From the NCBI RefSeq assembly GCF_036321535.1, contig NC_087436.1, forward strand, positions 47,058,001 to 47,122,000: 64,000 nt of DNA, written 5' to 3'. A model generated the notes under the pieces. That model was not told the DNA's origin. It did no database searches and saw only the letters and a program-made list of their open reading frames with translations. The position numbers and the translations under genes are program-made. Positions 59,481 through 64,000 of this stretch are shown one piece after another (within the stretch, counting starts at the first letter, position 1; each line of letters begins with the position of its first letter). The stretch is from Camelus dromedarius. Taxonomy: Eukaryota.

Positions 59481-62400
59481 AAGTGGTAGTTCCCTCCTTT
59501 CTCCTCTGAGCAGTAAAGCCAAATCCAGCTAGTTTGTGTTTTTTGTTCTGTTGAATTACTCTCACACAGAACTACTAGTGCGGTGTTCTCAGTGTACCTA
59601 GAACATGGACTAGGATGGAGAGCAAGGTTTTAAGCTCATCTGCTTAGACACATGTGATTGGAAGCAGTTTACTTCTCTGTTCCTGGTGTAAGAGCCCAGG
59701 ACAAACCATATTTTCTACATACCGAGTCACGTCACCTCTCTGACAAAGGAATTAAAGTAGACAATTCAGAAGGTAGTTTCTGACCTCTAAGCATAATTTT
59801 CAAGTTCAGATTTCCTCAAAGTTTCCAAAGTTCTTTTGAGTTGGTCTGGTTTTTGTTTCCAAAACGGAGCAGCCCCCTGGCAGACTCTGAGGTTTGGGGA
59901 GGTATCCAGATCTCAGGCTGAGGGAGGCAGCAAGTTGGAGAAACTTCCCTGTGATTCTGGTATGTTAAGAATCACCACTCTAGGCAACCCTGCTGCCCGA
60001 ACCTCCCCAGACCCAAGAACAAATCCCAGGGTATGAAATTTGGGGTCCACTGTGCCCAAAGAAGTAGTATATCTAGCTTTAAAAAAGGAGATTTTAGACT
60101 ATTCTTATAAAAAACAGCAAAACTTGAGATGATCTCATGTAGACTCTCTATTAAGAGATTAAAGACCTTTCTCTTTCCTACTTTCTGTGAGAGTTGAGAA
60201 ATAGTTTGTCCTAACTTCAAAGTCAAATTAACATCAACTTAAAAGGCAATACTTCTTAAGCCATTCCCATATGCTCAAGGCCTTCAATATCTTTTAAGAT
60301 CCAAATGAAATTCATAGGCATTTTAAATAGTAAAAAATCAGAATACTTAAAGAGCATTTTCCATGTACTGACCTAATTTTGCATACTGGCCAATATAATT
60401 ACAGCCACTAAATGCATATTCTGAGCGTTAAACTGGGAATATGTTCATACATAGTAATGGTCTTTAAAGCCAGATTATCTGTGTAAAGAAACCCACATGG
60501 CTTTTTTCTATTCAGAATCACTTTCCCCCAAATATAAATCTCAGTTTTTATTTTTTGCATTTTTATGTATATGTCTTACCCCTTCTCTTCTGTACCCAAG
60601 GTAAGATATAAACAAAGAGATGTCATTTGGGACTAGGATTAGGTATAATTTTTAGGTGGTTTTTACAGTTATAGGGCAGTGTGCTCCAGGGAGTGTGAGC
60701 ACAAGAAACAATTTGGTGGCACTCTCATTTTCTGTGGAATACAACTAATCCAGAACAGATTGACCTTGGAGCCCAGAGGACTCAACTTGATGAAGAGCTT
60801 AGTTGGAGCTGCAGTGGCAGAGACCAAATGAATCATATCAAGTGTGACCATTACGGGGCTGAAGATGATTCCTAATTAATCTTTGATCCTCTGAGGTATC
60901 ACATTTCCCAAATCTATGTGTCCATAAGGGAGCCAGTGAAAATCTGAAAGTAGCAATTTACCTAATCCTTGAACACCATGGCAGGCCTTCTGCTTATGAA
61001 GGGCTGCCATTTTCCATTCTACACAAAAGCAATTGTCTACTATTTTCTAACCAAAGTGAAATAATGAGAGCAAACTAAATAATTTTAAAGTCTTACTTTG
61101 ATGCTTGTTTTGCTAGCAGCATACTTACTCTTTAAAGAGGTCTTCAAGATACATATACTACCTTAAGACCTGTTTTCTCAGATGCTGAAATCTTGAGAAA
61201 AGCTAACAAAGTGACTTCTGTTAAATGGATCTGAAAAATACTGTTTCATTCCAGACCTTAAGTATTAATGACATAAAGCATTTTCTTGCCTTTCTCTTGA
61301 AGTCAAAAGTCCTATTGAATCTGAAAACTCTACCTCTTCGTTACTCTTTTTAATAGGCATGTCCAGACATCCTCCAGCTCCTGAGATCCCTACTTTTTAT
61401 CCCTTGTCTCCGGGTGGTGTTGGACAGATCACCCCACCTCTTGGCTGGTAAGATCCTCCTTGCAACCTTCAGCCACAAATTCGAACACATGTTTTTCTAC
61501 TTCCCATTCATGGGAAATTAGCTTTCTGAATGATAACATTTGTAGAGTTGGAGAAACTTCCACAAGCAAGGTGCTAACTTTATTTCATTTCAAATTAGAA
61601 GATTAAAAACCATACAGACTTTGAAATGGATTGAATCCGTTTGCTAATATGTGTAGAAAATGACTGTGTAGCATTTGCTTTGAAGCTTATAGTTTTATGG
61701 ATTCAATTTCTGGCTTTGGGCATTTGCTGGGCGGTACAAAGTGCTCAGTGTAGTTTTTCTATTCTGGTTCTTTACGAACAATTTATATGTTTGAAACATA
61801 ACCTTAGATATATTGAATAGTGATCTTTGCTTATAAATGAGTAAGTGAGGTAAACAACAACTAGAGAGAAGTTTAAAATACAAAAGTATCTTTTGAATGT
61901 TAATAAAGTAAGCACCAGTTTGAGTTCAGAGGAGTGGACTTTTTTTTTTTTTTTTTCAGAATCCAAAAGATCTCTATTTTGTTATTTCTAAAAAATCTAT
62001 ACCACTGCTTTCAATTTTTTTTTTATTATAAAGGTAAAGGAAAAATGTATTTGGTGAAGAAACAATAGTTTGATATAGTGTAGCCTAATTTTGTCATTTC
62101 ATTGTTCACACACAACTTTCCCTGCTCCCACTCCATCCCTTCTCCTCTCCCCACTGCTCACTCCAAGGAAACAGTGCTTCAACTTTAGCAGATGTCTTCT
62201 CTCCTTTCTTTATCCGGCTCTCTGTCCCTTCAGCCCCCATGTCAAGGCCCGGTCTCCCCACCTTGACATCCGTACATTATCTCTTCTTCAGCACAGAGTG
62301 GGAGGGCTCGTCCTGCCATGGACATTCCAGCTTTCTCTCTCCTCTTTAGCATTACATCTCAGTCAATAACTCTGTTTGCATTTAATTGATTATGCCAACA

Positions 62401-62808
62401 CTTTCAAACCTACATCAGTTATTCTGTCTGAACTTAGTTACTTAGGGGCAATAATCTAGGGCTGAGTTGCATCAGTGGCATCTGGAAATAAAGACTGTAA
62501 TGAAAAGGGTGAGATGTAGGAAAAAGTAAGAGAGATGGAATTCTCAGAGCGGAGAGAAAATAATTCCAACTAATTGAGCTTTCATTTCTTGACTGTAGCA
62601 TGGGTATATGGGGGGAGGGGGGAAGCACAGTGCTTTAAAAATATTTATTCATTTTTATATGAACTTTTATTTCCTTCTTCCCTTCTCTGAAATTCTCAAA
62701 GATTCTGATAAGGAATCCACTAGCCTGAAAGGAATATTTCACCATTCTCAGGTTCTTTTATATTCAGTAAACCCTGTTTACATGCCTGTTTTGTTGAAAG
62801 CATTCGCA

Positions 62809-62829
62809 GGGCTGGGAGGGGGGAAGGGG
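62809..62829 (+). other. Canonical G-quadruplex motif
   Basis: GGG-CT-GGG-A-GGGGGG-AA-GGGG: four G3+ tracts with short loops. Confidence 0.7.
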
Positions 62830-63005
62830 TAGAAGACAAGGAATTCACCGACTGCTGTGGAGGACCATGATGATGGTTGGATTGGGTGGAGGATAAGGAG
62901 GGGAAGCAGCTGGGTGACTGAAGCACTCACCCTAAAGTGGTAACACTTCCCAAAGTTCTGTTTGAATTCCTCCCTGTCCTCCCCTCATCACACTCTTATT
63001 GCTGG

Positions 63006-63169
63006 NNNNNNNNNNNNNNNNNNNNNNNNNNNNNNNNNNNNNNNNNNNNNNNNNNNNNNNNNNNNNNNNNNNNNNNNNNNNNNNNNNNNNNNNNNNNNNN
63101 NNNNNNNNNNNNNNNNNNNNNNNNNNNNNNNNNNNNNNNNNNNNNNNNNNNNNNNNNNNNNNNNNNNNN
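63006..63169. other. N-run (164 nt), probable assembly gap
   Basis: Directly visible. Confidence 0.95.
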
Positions 63170-63472
63170 GGACAGGATGCTCTAACGCGCTTGCCTCTTG
63201 TGCGCCTCTGCTTGCCTCTCGTTCAGGGGGCCAGGCGGGTGCGCAGCTCAGCCACATCTGTCTGCAGTGTGCCTGGCTCCCACACTAGGCGTCCTAGAGA
63301 TTCCTGGGTAGGAGCCAACGACAGCACAGCACCAGCCACGCCCGTCAGGGAGATGAACTCAGTCACACTGGGAACCGTGCCTCAAAAACGTTTCACTGCT
63401 ACCCAACTGTGGGATGGGAAATGTCCCCAAAGGGGACGATATTAGAAGAGCTTGTTCGATTCAAAACATGTT

Positions 63473-63494
63473 GGGGGTGGGGTCAGGGGGAGGG
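63473..63494 (+). other. Canonical G-quadruplex motif
   Basis: GGGGG-T-GGGG-TCA-GGGGG-A-GGG. Confidence 0.7.
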
Positions 63495-64000
63495 TAAAGA
63501 CTGGTTTGGTCTCAGTTCTATAATTTGCTTTCTACAAGGAAAGTTGCATCAGTTTCATGTGACAGTGTTTGAAAATGCCCAGCTAGTCTAGAGCCTTCCT
63601 AGACCAAGGCTGTCAGAAAAGAAGCAGTGGTGCTTCTGGGCTGTCAGGCCGTACGGGTGTGTGTCCTAGTGTGTGACTCAGGCCCTGTGTGGACATTCTG
63701 GTGCCAGCGAAGCTCTGTGAGGTCTGCTGTGCCACACTGCTCTGTGTAATGCTTCTGCCTCTGGAAAGGATGGCGTCTGTGCCCTGTGCTCGATGTGCAC
63801 ACACACTTGCGGTGTATCATCTGTGTGTTCCATGTGGCTTTTTCAAGGGAGCCAGCATTATCACGCTGGAAATCAAACTGTTGGGTTAGTAACTGGTTGT
63901 GAATCTATTTTCTAATACAGGTATGAAATTCGCAGTTTTCTGTGGTGAATTTCAGCTTGTTAAAAAAACATTATTTTCTTTCAGTAAATTATAAATCTAG

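Noticed and set aside
63848-63926. Exon ending at CAG|GTATGA (63921)
   Set aside because: Good donor, but the only nearby acceptor is a rare AAG type; insufficient support.
1-64000. CRISPR array, operon or other prokaryotic/viral system
   Set aside because: No repeat-spacer arrays or dense ORFs; the repeat content is clearly that of a placental mammal.

Overview
Mammalian non-coding genomic DNA, most likely camelid: it carries two Vic-1-like tRNA-derived SINEs and a young L1 of the camelid/cetartiodactyl type. I found no host protein-coding gene, tRNA, rRNA, CRISPR array or prokaryotic feature that I can support. The only ORFs with recognisable homology are broken L1 ORF2 pieces at 44.3-45.4 kb. 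The window is a mosaic of old repeats (MIR, L2, L3/CR1, L1M, MER5A, MER33, MER46C, Charlie1, MLT1), a few young insertions and seven N-runs, probably assembly gaps. L1 orientation bias and T-run excess suggest an intron of a large gene transcribed on the + strand; I could not identify the gene. Best leads: (1) a candidate internal TATA promoter with a 54-nt non-coding first exon near 37.2 kb; (2) a roughly 7-kb repeat-free, motif-rich block at 4.3-11.4 kb; (3) a near-identical inverted L1 3'UTR pair at 19.9/20.8 kb; (4) two frame-compatible candidate cassette exons at 18.2-18.5 kb. All are hypotheses, and I see no evidence of a new biological system. Repeat family names come from recalled consensus sequences, old-repeat boundaries are approximate (tens of bp), and RepeatMasker/Dfam should confirm them.
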